A stretch of DNA of 64,000 bases from an uncultured Aliarcobacter sp. (GTDB lineage: Bacteria; Campylobacterota; Campylobacteria; Campylobacterales; Arcobacteraceae), in the NCBI GenBank assembly GCA_963664305.2, contig CAXXLV010000001.1, positions 320,001 through 384,000 of the forward strand, written 5' to 3'. The translations under genes were made by a program, and so were the position numbers. Positions 29,040 through 44,566 of this stretch are shown in pieces. The notes beneath the pieces were generated by a model. That model ran no database searches. It saw only the letters and a program-made list of their open reading frames with translations, and was not told where the DNA came from. Numbering within the stretch: the first letter of the stretch is position 1; each line of letters starts with the position of its first letter.

Positions 29040-29831
29040 TTAAAAATTTATATGTTCTCTATCTCTACTATCAAAAGTTACACATTTTGAAAAACCAATA
29101 TCTTTTGATAATTTTGTAACTTCATCATATTTAAAACCTATTTGTTCTAAATTATGAGCATCAGAACCAAATGTAATATCTATACCCATTTCATATGCCA
29201 TTTCTAATAATTGCTTTGAAGGATAAGACTCATTTATTGGTTTTCTAAGTCCTGCTGGATTTATTTCTAAAACCATATTTGATTTTTTGATTTCAACTAA
29301 TGCGTCTTTTGCAATTAATCTAATATCTTTTTTTGGTAAAAATTTAAATACTTTAATCAAATCAAAATGACCAACAATATCAAAAAGTCCAGTTTTCGCC
29401 ATTGATTTTATTGCATCAAAATATTCAACCCAAATTGAATCTATATCTTTTGATTTATAAACACCTATAAATTCAGGATTATCAAATCCCCACATATCAT
29501 CTTTATTTCTTAAAAAGTGAACAGAACCAATTAGATAATCCACTTTAGCTTTTAAAATTTCATCTAATAAATATCCCTCTAAATAATCAACTTCATATGC
29601 AAGTAAAATTTTTATTTTATCTTTGTATTTTTCTTTTGCTTCATTTATCCATTTTTCATACAAACTTTTTTGGCTTATATCCATTCTATATTTTGGATCA
29701 TAATTCATTGGAGCATGGTCAGAAAAACCATATTCATCAATTCCAAGCTCTATTGCTTTTTCAATATATTCATCAACAGTTCCGGTTGCATGATTACATA
29801 AAATTGTATGATTATGTAAATCTACTCTCAT
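29040..29831 (-). CDS. Histidinol-phosphatase, HisJ/PHP family
   Basis: DLHNHT, SDHAP, IGSVH, GHFD, FGSDAH. Confidence 0.88.
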   Translation of the reverse strand: MRVDLHNHTILCNHATGTVDEYIEKAIELGIDEYGFSDHAPMNYDPKYRMDISQKSLYEKWINEAKEKYKDKIKILLAYEVDYLEGYLLDEILKAKVDYLIGSVHFLRNKDDMWGFDNPEFIGVYKSKDIDSIWVEYFDAIKSMAKTGLFDIVGHFDLIKVFKFLPKKDIRLIAKDALVEIKKSNMVLEINPAGLRKPINESYPSKQLLEMAYEMGIDITFGSDAHNLEQIGFKYDEVTKLSKDIGFSKCVTFDSRDREHINF

Positions 29832-31077
29832 CTACTTTTACCCTATTCCTTCCATCTTTTTTTGCTATATATAAATATTTATCTGCATCTTGTATCATAT
29901 AATCAATATTTTTACCAAAATCCAAACTACATCCAATTGATATTGTATAGTTTAGTTCTATATTATCAATTTTAATTACATTGTTTTCAAAATCTTTTCT
30001 TATATATTCTAATAATTCTAATATCTCTTTTTCACTTCTATTATAAAAACAAATACAAAATTCTTCTCCACCTAAACGGCTAATTAATGCATTTGTTGTG
30101 ATATTTTTATTTAAAACACGCGATACTTCTTTTAAAGCTATATCTCCTATATCATGTCCATATGTATCATTAATCATTTTGAAATGGTCAATATCAATAA
30201 TTGAAATTGCAAAAGTTTTATTATTTGTTTTACAATTTTCATAAATTTTATTTCCAACATCAAATAGATATCTTCTATTATAAAGTCCAGTTAAATAATC
30301 TTTATTTGCTTTATTTTTTATTTCATCAAATAACTCAAGAACTTCTATATTTGAATTAATTCTTGCAAAAAATTCTTCATTTGAAAAGCCCTTATATAAA
30401 AAATCATTCGCACCATATTTTAAAAATTTTGCAGGTATTCTTTTACTTGAATCATTTGAAGTAACTATGATAGACAGCTCATCTTTTGAATAATCTCGTC
30501 TAATTTTTTTTGTTAATTCTAAACCATTCATTCTTGGCATTAAATAATCAGTTAAAACAATTTTTATATCGCTATTTTCTTTTAATACTTCTAAAGCTTC
30601 ATCCCCATCAAAAGCACTTAAAGCAACAATTTTATATCTTTTTAATAAATCAATAGTTTTTTTTACAAATGATTTTGAATCATCAACAACTAAAACTTTT
30701 ACATTTTTATTATGTATAATTCTTTTTACAATTGATGTTGCATAAGTAAGTGCAGAAAGCCCATCTTTGATAATATAATCAACTATATTTTTATCTCTAA
30801 ATTTCTCTTCAATATCAATACTATCACTACCTGTTAAAACAACAATAGGTATAAAAAATTTAGATAAGAAATCTATTACTTCACCATTTGGTGCATCTGG
30901 AAGTCCTAAATCAGCCAAGATAATATCAATTTTACCTTTTTCTTGTAAAAGTAAATTTGCACTCTCTTTCATACTTTTTGCAATGAAAATATCTATATCA
31001 AAATCACTTTCAATTAAATTTTTCAAAGTATTACAAATAGAAGAGCTATCATCGACTATTAAAACTTTATATTTCAT
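29812..31077 (-). CDS. REC-REC-GGDEF diguanylate cyclase response regulator (PleD/CbrR-like architecture)
   Basis: Two receiver domains; DYLTGLYNRR, DIDHFK, RLGGEEF; no RxxD I-site. Confidence 0.92.
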   Translation of the reverse strand: MKYKVLIVDDSSSICNTLKNLIESDFDIDIFIAKSMKESANLLLQEKGKIDIILADLGLPDAPNGEVIDFLSKFFIPIVVLTGSDSIDIEEKFRDKNIVDYIIKDGLSALTYATSIVKRIIHNKNVKVLVVDDSKSFVKKTIDLLKRYKIVALSAFDGDEALEVLKENSDIKIVLTDYLMPRMNGLELTKKIRRDYSKDELSIIVTSNDSSKRIPAKFLKYGANDFLYKGFSNEEFFARINSNIEVLELFDEIKNKANKDYLTGLYNRRYLFDVGNKIYENCKTNNKTFAISIIDIDHFKMINDTYGHDIGDIALKEVSRVLNKNITTNALISRLGGEEFCICFYNRSEKEILELLEYIRKDFENNVIKIDNIELNYTISIGCSLDFGKNIDYMIQDADKYLYIAKKDGRNRVKVDESRFT

Positions 31078-31529
31078 AATAAAATACCAGAACCTTTTAT
31101 TGCAGTACTTCTATCTTTTGCATATACTCTTTGACCATTGATGATGTCATATTTCCAAATTGGAGCTTGTGCTTTAAAATCTTCAACAAATTCATCTATT
31201 AATTCTAAGGCAACTCTTCTTTTTGGACTACAAACAGCTGCAATATATGAACTTTCATGATTTAAAACATCACCTCTACTATGAGCCATTAAAACTATTG
31301 CATCTTTATTATTTGCTTTTTTTTGCCATTCATCAAACCAATGATTTAAGATTGGTTCATATATGTCAAAACTCAATCCCTCAATTTGATTTTCATCTCT
31401 TACAACTCCAACAAAAGTTATAATTGCTCCATAGTTAGAATTTTTATATTTTGAATACCATTTATTTGTAATCTCTTCAACGGGTAAACTTCCATTAAAA
31501 AGTTCTAAAAACTCTTTTCTATTTTCCAT
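31074..31529 (-). CDS. moaE: Molybdopterin synthase catalytic subunit
   Basis: GAIITFVGVVR, FKAQAPIWK; start moved to ATG 31529, right after the moaD stop. Confidence 0.93.
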   Translation of the reverse strand: MENRKEFLELFNGSLPVEEITNKWYSKYKNSNYGAIITFVGVVRDENQIEGLSFDIYEPILNHWFDEWQKKANNKDAIVLMAHSRGDVLNHESSYIAAVCSPKRRVALELIDEFVEDFKAQAPIWKYDIINGQRVYAKDRSTAIKGSGILL

Positions 31530-31530
31530 A

Positions 31531-31752
31531 TCATCCACCACAAACAGGAGGTAACAATGAAATTCTATCTCCATCATTTAAATTTATATCTTTTGAAATA
31601 ACTAATGTATCATTTACAGCAACAGCACAAGTTTCTAACCAATTTGAAACAGAACTATCACTTTTTAAAATTTCACTTAATTGAGATAAATTATTTATAT
31701 CTAAATTCATATCTTCTTTATTTATTGGTCCTAAAAATTCAACTTTTACCAT
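31531..31752 (-). CDS. moaD: Molybdopterin synthase sulfur carrier
   Basis: AVAVN...LLPPVCGG with C-terminal di-glycine; adjacent to moaE. Confidence 0.93.
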   Translation of the reverse strand: MVKVEFLGPINKEDMNLDINNLSQLSEILKSDSSVSNWLETCAVAVNDTLVISKDINLNDGDRISLLPPVCGG

Positions 31753-31823
31753 TTTAATCCCTTCTTATAATATTTATACTATTATATCGACTTTCATTTT
31801 AACATAATAAGGACAAAATTTTT

Positions 31824-32483
31824 ATGATATTTTCAAAAATTGATTTTATAAATTTATTGCCTTTTCATATATTTATAAAAAAAAATATAAAATCATCTCA
31901 ATTAAAATCTATAATAGAATATAAAAAATCATATCCAGCATATATCAGTAATAAATTTAAAAAAAGAAAAGTTGATAGTGCTTTTATCTCTTCAATTGCT
32001 TCAAGAAATGAAAAATCTTTAGATTTTGGGATTGTTGCACGAAATGAAGTTTTATCTGTTCTTTTAATTCCTGGAGTTGAAGCAAAAGATTATCAATCAA
32101 AAACTTCAAATGCACTTGCTGATGTTTTAAATTTAAAAGGTGAAGTAATTATTGGAGATAAAGCTTTAAAATTTTATCACGAGAACCAAAATACTTTAAA
32201 AATTGATTTAGCCAAAGAGTGGCAAAAAAAATATAATCTTCCTTTTGTATTTGCTGTTTTGTGTTATAACAAACATGAAAAAAGATTAAAAAAACTGACA
32301 AAAAATTTCAATAAAAAATATATAAAAATACCTCAATATGTTTTAGAACAATATTCAAAAAGAAGTGGTGTATCAAAAGAAAATATTTTAAAATACTTAG
32401 AAAAAATTGATTATGATTTGGGTTATAAAGAAAAACGAGCTTTAAAACTTTTTCTAAATTTAACTAAAGAAAAAAGGATATAA
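31824..32483 (+). CDS. mqnA: Chorismate dehydratase MqnA (futalosine menaquinone pathway)
   Basis: IDFINLLP, TSNALA, IGDKAL, DLAKEW...LPFVFA. Confidence 0.85.
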   Translation: MIFSKIDFINLLPFHIFIKKNIKSSQLKSIIEYKKSYPAYISNKFKKRKVDSAFISSIASRNEKSLDFGIVARNEVLSVLLIPGVEAKDYQSKTSNALADVLNLKGEVIIGDKALKFYHENQNTLKIDLAKEWQKKYNLPFVFAVLCYNKHEKRLKKLTKNFNKKYIKIPQYVLEQYSKRSGVSKENILKYLEKIDYDLGYKEKRALKLFLNLTKEKRI

Positions 32484-33251
32484 ATGACATTATTTGATTC
32501 TCTGATTTTGGGAATAATAGAAGGTATAACAGAATTTTTACCAATATCTTCAACTGGACACTTGATTGTTGCAAGTGAATTTTTAGGTTTAGAACAAACA
32601 AGTATAAACAAAGCTTTTGAAGTTATCATTCAATTTGCTGCAATATTAGCAGTTATTCTAAACTATCCATCAAAATTTACTTTTTCACATATAAATTTAT
32701 GGACAAAAGTTTTAATCGCTTTTTTACCTATTGCGATAATTGGTTTTATTTTTTCAAAACAAGTAAAAGAATTATTCTCTATAGAAATCGTTGCATGGAT
32801 GTTTATCATAGGAGGAATTGTTTTTTTAATTGTTGAAAAATTCTATGATGAAAAAGCAACTCACACTTTAGATGTTGAAAATATTACCTATAAACAAGCA
32901 GCTTGGATTGGATTTGCACAAATATTTGCATTGATTCCAGGAACTTCTAGAGCTGGATCAAGTATTATTGGAGCTATGCTTGTTGGATTAAATAGAAAAA
33001 CAAGTGCTGAATTTTCTTTTTTACTTGCTTTTCCAGTTATGTGTGCAACAACAGCCTATGACTTATTAAAACATCATGATGAAATTTTAGTTGGAGGAAA
33101 TTTTTTAAATTTAGCAACTGGATTTGTTGTATCTTTTATTGTTGCATTTCTTGCAATAAAACTATTCCTAAAATTCCTTGAAAACTTTACGTTTATTGCG
33201 TTTGGAATTTACAGAATAATTTTTGGAATCTTACTTCTTATTATTTTCTAA
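32484..33251 (+). CDS. uppP: Undecaprenyl-diphosphate phosphatase
   Basis: [28 protein letters not shown]. Confidence 0.97.
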   Translation: MTLFDSLILGIIEGITEFLPISSTGHLIVASEFLGLEQTSINKAFEVIIQFAAILAVILNYPSKFTFSHINLWTKVLIAFLPIAIIGFIFSKQVKELFSIEIVAWMFIIGGIVFLIVEKFYDEKATHTLDVENITYKQAAWIGFAQIFALIPGTSRAGSSIIGAMLVGLNRKTSAEFSFLLAFPVMCATTAYDLLKHHDEILVGGNFLNLATGFVVSFIVAFLAIKLFLKFLENFTFIAFGIYRIIFGILLLIIF

Positions 33252-34262
33252 AATAATATTTACTATTAAAGCAATTGCATTTGGACTTATAGAACTTATA
33301 AGTTCAATGCTAATTTTATGAATATCTGATTTTAAAACTTCAAAAAAATACTCTTCACTTAACTCTTCTTCCCTCTGTAAAAAGCATAAACCTTTATCTT
33401 TTAAAACCTTTGCATTGTAATACTGATGATCACCTGCTGCATGTTTAAAAGGAATAAAAAAAGTTGGTAATGAATTTGCACATAATTCCCAAAGAGTTGA
33501 TGCCCCAGCCCTACTTACTGCAAAATCAGCTTTTGACATTTTAGAAGGTATATCTTTTGAAAAATCAAATACATCGGCATTTATATTTAACTTTTCATAT
33601 TCATTTTTTACTCTTTCAAAATCACTTTTTCCGGTTTGATGAATTATATTAATTCCCATTTCATTAAGTTTTGGAGCAACTTTTAAAGCAAAATCATTTA
33701 TACAAATAGCTCCTTGAGAACCACCAAAAAAAGCTATTGTTTTAATTTTTTCTCTAACTCTTGCACTATTAAAAAACTCATTAGAAACAGGATAATCTTT
33801 TACTAAAGAATTATCATCAAATGAAGAAAAAACTTCTGTTGCAAATTTTGAAGTTATTTCATTTAATTTTCCCATTTTTGAATTTTGTTCATGGATATAT
33901 AATTTACAATTCATTTTTAATATAGAAGCAAAAGTTGCAGCTGCTGCTGAAAATCCACCTACACTAACAACTGTTCTAATATTATATTTAGAATACAAAC
34001 TCAAACAATATAATGTTTTTGAAAAGATATTAAATAAAGAGATAAATTTACCAAAACCTTTTTTATTTACGACACCTTTAGTATCTAAAAAAATTGCCTT
34101 TTTTAATCTTCTATCATGTTCAAACCAAGCTTTATCTTGACCATTTGAAGAACCAATAAAAATTACACTAATTCCTCTATTATGAAACTCTTCAATAAAA
34201 GCATCTGCAACTTTTAAATGTCCGCCTGTTCCACCACCAGTTATAACAACTGTTTCCATCAT
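33231..34262 (-). CDS. murG: Lipid II N-acetylglucosaminyltransferase
   Basis: GGGTGGH, HEQN, GGSQGA, SRAGAST, HQYYNA. Confidence 0.97.
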   Translation of the reverse strand: MMETVVITGGGTGGHLKVADAFIEEFHNRGISVIFIGSSNGQDKAWFEHDRRLKKAIFLDTKGVVNKKGFGKFISLFNIFSKTLYCLSLYSKYNIRTVVSVGGFSAAAATFASILKMNCKLYIHEQNSKMGKLNEITSKFATEVFSSFDDNSLVKDYPVSNEFFNSARVREKIKTIAFFGGSQGAICINDFALKVAPKLNEMGINIIHQTGKSDFERVKNEYEKLNINADVFDFSKDIPSKMSKADFAVSRAGASTLWELCANSLPTFFIPFKHAAGDHQYYNAKVLKDKGLCFLQREEELSEEYFFEVLKSDIHKISIELISSISPNAIALIVNIILENNKK

Positions 34263-35506
34263 TTAACTTTCACCTTTTTTTTAACTTCTTCATCTTTAAC
34301 AACTCTACTAATTGATAAAACTAATCCTATGGAAACTGCCATTGCAAGCATAGAAGAACCTCCATAAGACAGAAATGGCACAGCAATACCTTTAATTGGA
34401 ATCATTCCTGAAATTCCATATGAATTTATTAAAAATGCAATAATAATCATTAATGCAATTCCTAAAGTAAATAAGTGATAAATTGGATTTTCAACTCTTC
34501 TACTTATTCTAAAAATTCTCCAAATAATTATAAATAAAATTGACGTTATTCCCATTAGACCAAATAAACCAACTTCTTCAGTAATTCCTGCAAGAACAAA
34601 GTCAGTATGAACTTCAGATAAAAAACCAACTTTAATATCTCCAAGAGCAATTCCTTGTCCAAAAAAACCACCATTATGAATTGCATTTAAAGAGTGAGAA
34701 ACCTGATATGGTTCAGGTAATTCATCAATTCTAAGATATGGTTCTGCCCATGCTGGTAAAACAGATAAAATTCCATCTTGTACCATAGCCCACCAAGAGT
34801 GAATTCTTTTTATCCTATGAGGGGCAGCAATAATTAATCCAACTAACCCAACTAAAGCAATTGCACCTAAAGCTAAGAATATTTTAAATGATCTATTTGC
34901 AAATATTAATAATGCAACTAAAATTAATCCCAATAATACTACTTGACCTAAATCCTTTTGTAAAAAAGCAATTACAAAAACAACAACAAAAAAAGTCAAA
35001 AAGTATGGTGCAAGAAGTAGAACTTCATCTTTTAAGCCAATTTTCTTAGGTTGAAATATAACCTTTCTATGAAATGACCATGATAAAAAATAGATAAATC
35101 CTATTTTAAAAAACTCAACCGGTGATAGAGAAAAACCAGGAAGCCTAATCCATCTATTTGCTCCTCCAGAAGCAGTTACTAATGAACCTGGTAAAAATGG
35201 CATAGCAATCATCAAAAGGAAAAATACTATAAACAAATTCATACCAACTTTTTCTACTATCTTATCTGGATCTATCATCGAAAAAGTCCACATGATTAAT
35301 ATAGAAATAATTCCAACTAATCCTTGTCTTATGAAAAAATGAAATTCATCATAACCAAAAAATTCTACTGTATAAATAGTTAAGGAATAGGAAAAAACTA
35401 TACTTATTATTATCAATAATGACACCAATATAAACAATGTATAATCGGCTTCACTATTATTTAAATTATTACTAATTGATTTAATCTTACTTTTGTTAAA
35501 ATTCAT
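34259..35506 (-). CDS. ftsW: SEDS-family peptidoglycan polymerase FtsW
   Basis: GANRW, PVEFFK, QKDLG, EVHTDF, PFLSYGGSS; adjacent to murG and a class B PBP. Confidence 0.9.
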   Translation of the reverse strand: MNFNKSKIKSISNNLNNSEADYTLFILVSLLIIISIVFSYSLTIYTVEFFGYDEFHFFIRQGLVGIISILIMWTFSMIDPDKIVEKVGMNLFIVFFLLMIAMPFLPGSLVTASGGANRWIRLPGFSLSPVEFFKIGFIYFLSWSFHRKVIFQPKKIGLKDEVLLLAPYFLTFFVVVFVIAFLQKDLGQVVLLGLILVALLIFANRSFKIFLALGAIALVGLVGLIIAAPHRIKRIHSWWAMVQDGILSVLPAWAEPYLRIDELPEPYQVSHSLNAIHNGGFFGQGIALGDIKVGFLSEVHTDFVLAGITEEVGLFGLMGITSILFIIIWRIFRISRRVENPIYHLFTLGIALMIIIAFLINSYGISGMIPIKGIAVPFLSYGGSSMLAMAVSIGLVLSISRVVKDEEVKKKVKVK

Positions 35507-35534
35507 TTCTCATTATATAATAATATGGATAAAT

Positions 35535-37388
35535 ATGTCTTCAAATAAAATTGAAAAAGTCGATAAAACAAAAAAAATAGTTATACTATTTTTACTAATA
35601 TTCTTATTTCTTTGCATTCTAATGATTTCAGTGTTTAGAACTATCTCTGAGAAGAGACATCTTCCTTCATTACAAGGTGAAAAAAATGAACTTGCAGTTA
35701 GAGGAGATATAGTTAGTGAAGATAATTTTAAAATTGCATCTTCAAAAAAATTATATAAAGCTGCAATTGATACAAGACATCTAGACCCAAATAAAAAAGA
35801 GTTATTTCTTAATCTTTTTTCTATCTATAGTAATACAGATTATCAAATTTTAAAAGATAGATTAATTGAAGGAGAAAAAAATCCTGGTAACTTAGTTTTA
35901 TCTTATGGAATTGACTCAAGATCAGCAAAAAACTTAAAAGAGTTAGCATTTAAATTAGTTCAACTTGATGTTTTTACAAGTAGAATGGTAAATGGAACAA
36001 AAATTTTAAGAGGATTAACAATTAGTGAGAGTGGCGAAAAAAGAACTTTCTCTTATAATGACACATTAACTCCTGTAGTTGGTTATATTTCAAAATATGA
36101 ATCAGAACTAGGAAAAACAAAAGTAAATGGAATAAAAGGTTTAGAAAGACATTACAACAAAGTTCTGAATCAAACTAAAGATGGAGTTTTACAAGGAGAT
36201 AGAGACGTTTTATCATATATTTCATTTGATAAAAATTCAATCATAAGAAAAAGAGTTGATGGTGCAACTTTAAATTTAAATATTCCATTAAAACTTCAAA
36301 AAAACAATGAAACAACTCTTGATGTATATAAAGAAAAACTAGGTGCAGATGAAATTATTGTATCTATTATGGAGAGTAGAACAGGTAAAATCCTAACAAT
36401 GGCTTCTTCAAATAGATTTAATCCAGAAAAAATTAGAAAAGAAGATATTGGTTCGTTAAATGTTAATGCTGTTGAATATCAATTTGAACCAGGTTCTGTT
36501 ATAAAACCTCTTTCAATTTCAATTGCAATGGATAAAGGTTTAATCAAAAAAAATGAAAACTTTCCTGCATATAACACAGGTGGAGGAAAAGGTGTTTATA
36601 AAATTGGAAGATTTAATATCAAAGATGACCATGCCTTTTCAAAACACTATTTATCACTTGATGATATAGTTATGTTTTCTTCAAATATTGGAACTCTACA
36701 AATTGCTCAAAGATTAACTGGTCCTGAATTTTTTGAAGGTATGAAAAGATTTGGTTTTACAAGAAAAACAGGTATTGACTTACCTTATGAGAAAAAAGGT
36801 GTAATGCCTAAAGTTTGGCAATTTTCTGCAGGAGATAAAGAAAAAAGAGACAACGTATTTAAAGCAACAGTATCTTTTGGTCAAGGTATGACAGCAACTT
36901 TTATTCAGTTATTAAAAGCTTACTCTATTTTTAATAATGATGGACAAATGATTACACCAAGAATTGTTGATTATTTAACACATGATGGAAATAAATATAA
37001 ACCATATGAAGATAAACCAGAAAAAATTGTTTCTAAAGAAACAGCAGATGCAATGAAAAAAATGTTAATTAAAACAGTAACGGATGGAACAGGAAGATCT
37101 GCAAAAATTGATGGTTTAGAAATAGGTGGAAAAACTGGTACTGCTCAAATTGCAAGAGGTGGAAAATATCTTAAAAAATATATTTCTTCATTTTTTGGAT
37201 TTGTAAATGATGATAAAGGAAATTCATATACAATAGGGGTAACAGTTATAAATCCAATTTCTACTGGTACGCATTGGTATTACTACTATGCATCTTGGTC
37301 AGCTGTACCTGTGTTTAAAGAAATCGTTCAAAACTTAGTCAAATTAAACTATTTAACACCTAAAGAAGGTATAATTCCAGAAAAATAA
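35535..37388 (+). CDS. ftsI: Class B penicillin-binding protein (FtsI-like)
   Basis: N-terminal TM, RGDI, GLE, EPGSVIK, SSN, GGKTGT; start set at ATG 35535. Confidence 0.85.
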   Translation: MSSNKIEKVDKTKKIVILFLLIFLFLCILMISVFRTISEKRHLPSLQGEKNELAVRGDIVSEDNFKIASSKKLYKAAIDTRHLDPNKKELFLNLFSIYSNTDYQILKDRLIEGEKNPGNLVLSYGIDSRSAKNLKELAFKLVQLDVFTSRMVNGTKILRGLTISESGEKRTFSYNDTLTPVVGYISKYESELGKTKVNGIKGLERHYNKVLNQTKDGVLQGDRDVLSYISFDKNSIIRKRVDGATLNLNIPLKLQKNNETTLDVYKEKLGADEIIVSIMESRTGKILTMASSNRFNPEKIRKEDIGSLNVNAVEYQFEPGSVIKPLSISIAMDKGLIKKNENFPAYNTGGGKGVYKIGRFNIKDDHAFSKHYLSLDDIVMFSSNIGTLQIAQRLTGPEFFEGMKRFGFTRKTGIDLPYEKKGVMPKVWQFSAGDKEKRDNVFKATVSFGQGMTATFIQLLKAYSIFNNDGQMITPRIVDYLTHDGNKYKPYEDKPEKIVSKETADAMKKMLIKTVTDGTGRSAKIDGLEIGGKTGTAQIARGGKYLKKYISSFFGFVNDDKGNSYTIGVTVINPISTGTHWYYYYASWSAVPVFKEIVQNLVKLNYLTPKEGIIPEK

Positions 37389-37399
37389 TAAGGATTAAT

Positions 37400-37909
37400 A
37401 TGTTTGGATTCAAAAAAGAATTAAAAGAATACAATTATTCAAAAGAAGAATTATCAAAATTTAACTATGCAAAAATCACTACAGAAAAAGGTCTAATTTG
37501 GATAAAACTTTTCAATGAAGCAACACCTATTGCTGTTTCAAATTTTTCAACTTTAGCAAATGATGGTTTTTATAATGGATTAAATTTTCATAGAGTAATT
37601 CCAGGATTTATGGCTCAAGGTGGTTGTCCTGAAGGTTCTGGAATGGGTGGACCAGGTTGGTCAATTAAATGTGAAATTGATGCACCTAAACAAATACATA
37701 ATAGAGGTTCATTATCTATGGCTCACGCAGGTAGAAATACTGGTGGAAGTCAATTTTTTATATGTTTTGTTCCTTGTCCACATTTAAATAATCATCATAC
37801 TGTATTTGGTGGAATAGAAGAAAATGATACAGATAGCTTTGCAGCACTTGATGCAATTAAACAAAATGATAAAATCGTTTCAATTGAGATTCTTGAAAAA
37901 AGAGATTAA
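37400..37909 (+). CDS. Cyclophilin-type peptidyl-prolyl isomerase
   Basis: FHRVIPGFMAQGG, SMAHAG, GSQFFI, HTVFG. Confidence 0.96.
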   Translation: MFGFKKELKEYNYSKEELSKFNYAKITTEKGLIWIKLFNEATPIAVSNFSTLANDGFYNGLNFHRVIPGFMAQGGCPEGSGMGGPGWSIKCEIDAPKQIHNRGSLSMAHAGRNTGGSQFFICFVPCPHLNNHHTVFGGIEENDTDSFAALDAIKQNDKIVSIEILEKRD

Positions 37910-37936
37910 TAACTCATTCTTTAGAACAAAAAAATT

Positions 37937-37973
37937 AAAAGGGGAGAGACAAAGATGTTTCTTCCCTTTTTTT
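37937..37973 (+). terminator. Intrinsic terminator after the PPIase gene
   Basis: AAAAGGGGAGAGACA...TGTTTCTTCCC followed by a T7 run. Confidence 0.75.
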
Positions 37974-38203
37974 GTGTAAAAAAGGACAAATATATTCTAA
38001 ATAAATCAAGCCGTAAACAAAGAGAAAGCTAAGAAGTATATTTTGAAGTAAGAATACAAATAATTAAAAAAGAGCCCTTGTAAGCCAATTATTGATTAAT
38101 AAAAGATACTTGTGTTATATGTTAACTGTAATAAACAAAAACAAAAGAACTGAATAAACAAAACATAGATAAAGTAGATAAAAAGTGAGGCAGAAAGCGG
38201 GGC

Positions 38204-38259
38204 AAAAAAAAAGCTTCTGCTAAAAAGAACTTAAAGAAGTTCAAATTAGCAAAAGCTTT
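38204..38259 (-). terminator. rRNA operon terminator
   Basis: AAGCTT(c/t)TGCTAA..GAACTT/AAGTTC..TTAGCAAAAGCTT stem followed by a T-run on the minus strand, just 3' of 5S. Confidence 0.75.
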
Positions 38260-38273
38260 GAAAAAAACTCAAG

Positions 38274-38390
38274 AGCTGGCAGCGGCCTACGTTTCCACCA
38301 GGGGACCCGGCAGTATTATCGGCGATGAAGTGCTTGACTTCCAGGTTCGGAATGGGACTGGGTATTTCCACTTCTCTATAGCCACCAGCA
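38274..38390 (-). rRNA. rrf: 5S rRNA (ends approximate)
   Basis: TGCTGGTGGCTATAG...CCCATTCCGAAC...GCTGCCAGC. Confidence 0.95.
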
Positions 38391-38538
38391 AAGTTGAGTA
38401 AAGAAGATATTATAAAAAATATACTCTTCACTCAACTCGTTTAGGAGTTAAGAAAAAATAATGTTAAAGTCTTTTCACAATATATACTAAATATAAGAAA
38501 TATATTTAATAAGATAGTAAACCAAAGAATTGTTTAAA

Positions 38539-41447
<2,909 letters not shown>

Positions 41448-41745
41448 AATAAATAGAGTTAAACTCTATCGCTTTTTGATAATATTCTTTGGCTACTATC
41501 TTATTAAACATATTATTTAAAATATATCCAATAAAATAATGTTGTGTTCTATCTAATTTCTTAGATATGAAATTTTTTTTGTTTTAAATTATTTAACATT
41601 TCTGTTATCTAATTCTTACGAAAAAATTAAAGACTTTAACATTATATTTTTAAATATCGTTTTGATTTTGAAAATCAAATATAAATTCAATCTCTTATTG
41701 AACTTATATTTAACTTTTAAATCAGATGAACTTATTAGTTATAGG

Positions 41746-41821
41746 TGGTGGAGAATAGCGGGATCGAACCGCTGACCTCCTGCGTGCAAAGCAGGCGCTC
41801 TCCCAGCTGAGCTAATTCCCC
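41746..41821 (-). tRNA. tRNA-Ala(TGC)
   Basis: GGGGAAT...TT-TGC-AC...CCA in the ITS. Confidence 0.97.
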
Positions 41822-41852
41822 AACCTAAATTAATCTTTACTAGATTATTTAA

Positions 41853-41929
41853 TGGTGGGCCTATCAGGACTTGAACCTGAGACCTCACGATTATCAGTCG
41901 AGCGCTCTAGCCAGCTGAGCTATAGGCCC
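41853..41929 (-). tRNA. tRNA-Ile(GAT)
   Basis: GGGCCTA...CT-GAT-AA...CCA in the ITS. Confidence 0.97.
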
Positions 41930-42010
41930 CTTTACTACCTATTTAAATAATCTTTATAAACCGAATATAAAATCTCTGGAAGTAAGAAACGAATCTTACT
42001 TCTCTCTCTG

Positions 42011-43527
<1,517 letters not shown>

Positions 43528-43814
43528 ATTATAGAGTTTTTGAAACTGACAAATTTTATAACTCTTCAATTACAAAATTATCACTCAAATTTTATAGACA
43601 AGATTTGTTTTACCAAATTTCTTGTTTTTATATTTTTTAACATTTATTCTTATTTTAAATCTAAATAAACATAGATTTTTTATAAGAGTTCTATATTCGG
43701 TTTATAAAGATTACTTTACAAACTTTCATTCATTTTTAAAGATCATTCCAGACTCGATTGAATCGTTTCTCTTCAAGCTTTTCGTTTGAAGCGTTCCAGT
43801 CAAATTGGACGGGA

Positions 43815-43843
43815 ATTATAATAGATTTTTATCTACTTGTCAA
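43815..43843 (-). promoter_or_regulatory. rRNA operon sigma70 promoter
   Basis: Perfect TTGACA-17nt-TATAAT, AT-rich UP-like tract upstream, boxA-like TGATCTTTAAAA near 43734-43745. Confidence 0.9.
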
Positions 43844-43951
43844 GAGCTTTTTGTATGATTTTTTATTTTTTTTTATTTTTTTAATAATTTACAATATTAA
43901 CTTAGTGTATTTAATAAAATTCTTTTAAATATCTCTTTTTTTATTATCTTT

Positions 43952-44566
43952 TTACTCTATAAATCCAGTTTTTGGATAGATTTTTATCTCTTTTTCTTCT
44001 CCATTTTCAGATTTAATACTTATTTTGCACTCTTTTTCAATTTCATATTCATAAAATTCATTTTCAAAACTTGATAATTTTGAATATATTCGTCCGTCAC
44101 TTCCAAAAGATAGTTGTCCTAAAGATGTTGTACTATTACAATCAATATTTACATCTTTGATATTAAACTTTTTAGTTAATAAAACATATTCACTATTTTT
44201 ATCATTCTCTTGACAATAATTTGAACTATATATATTTTTATTTGTTAATGGATCTTTTAATGTATCTTCAACACTTGGATGTCCAGTTTTGTTTTTATCA
44301 CTATAAATTACAAAATATATACCATCATCTGTATTTCTACATCTAAAAAATTTTATTGTCCATCTTTTTTTATGCCACAGATTATCATCTTCATCAAATT
44401 TATCATCTATCATTGCTTTAAATCTTACATAAGATAGATATAGGGAAATTTTGTTTGTAATCTCTTCAAGTTTATTTGGATTAGTTTTTGGAATAAAAAT
44501 AGTATATAAAAATCCTATTAGAGTTATTACTATAATAATTTCTAAAAGGGAAAATGATTTTTTCAT
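43952..44566 (-). CDS. Prepilin-type N-terminal cleavage/methylation domain protein (pseudopilin-like)
   Basis: MKKS|FSLLEIIIV class III signal peptide with Glu at +5; several Cys in the soluble domain. Confidence 0.8.
   Translation of the reverse strand: MKKSFSLLEIIIVITLIGFLYTIFIPKTNPNKLEEITNKISLYLSYVRFKAMIDDKFDEDDNLWHKKRWTIKFFRCRNTDDGIYFVIYSDKNKTGHPSVEDTLKDPLTNKNIYSSNYCQENDKNSEYVLLTKKFNIKDVNIDCNSTTSLGQLSFGSDGRIYSKLSSFENEFYEYEIEKECKISIKSENGEEKEIKIYPKTGFIE

Noticed and set aside
33231..33251. 21-nt 3' overlap of convergent uppP and murG
   Set aside because: Short tail-to-tail overlaps are common in compact AT-rich genomes, and both proteins look complete.
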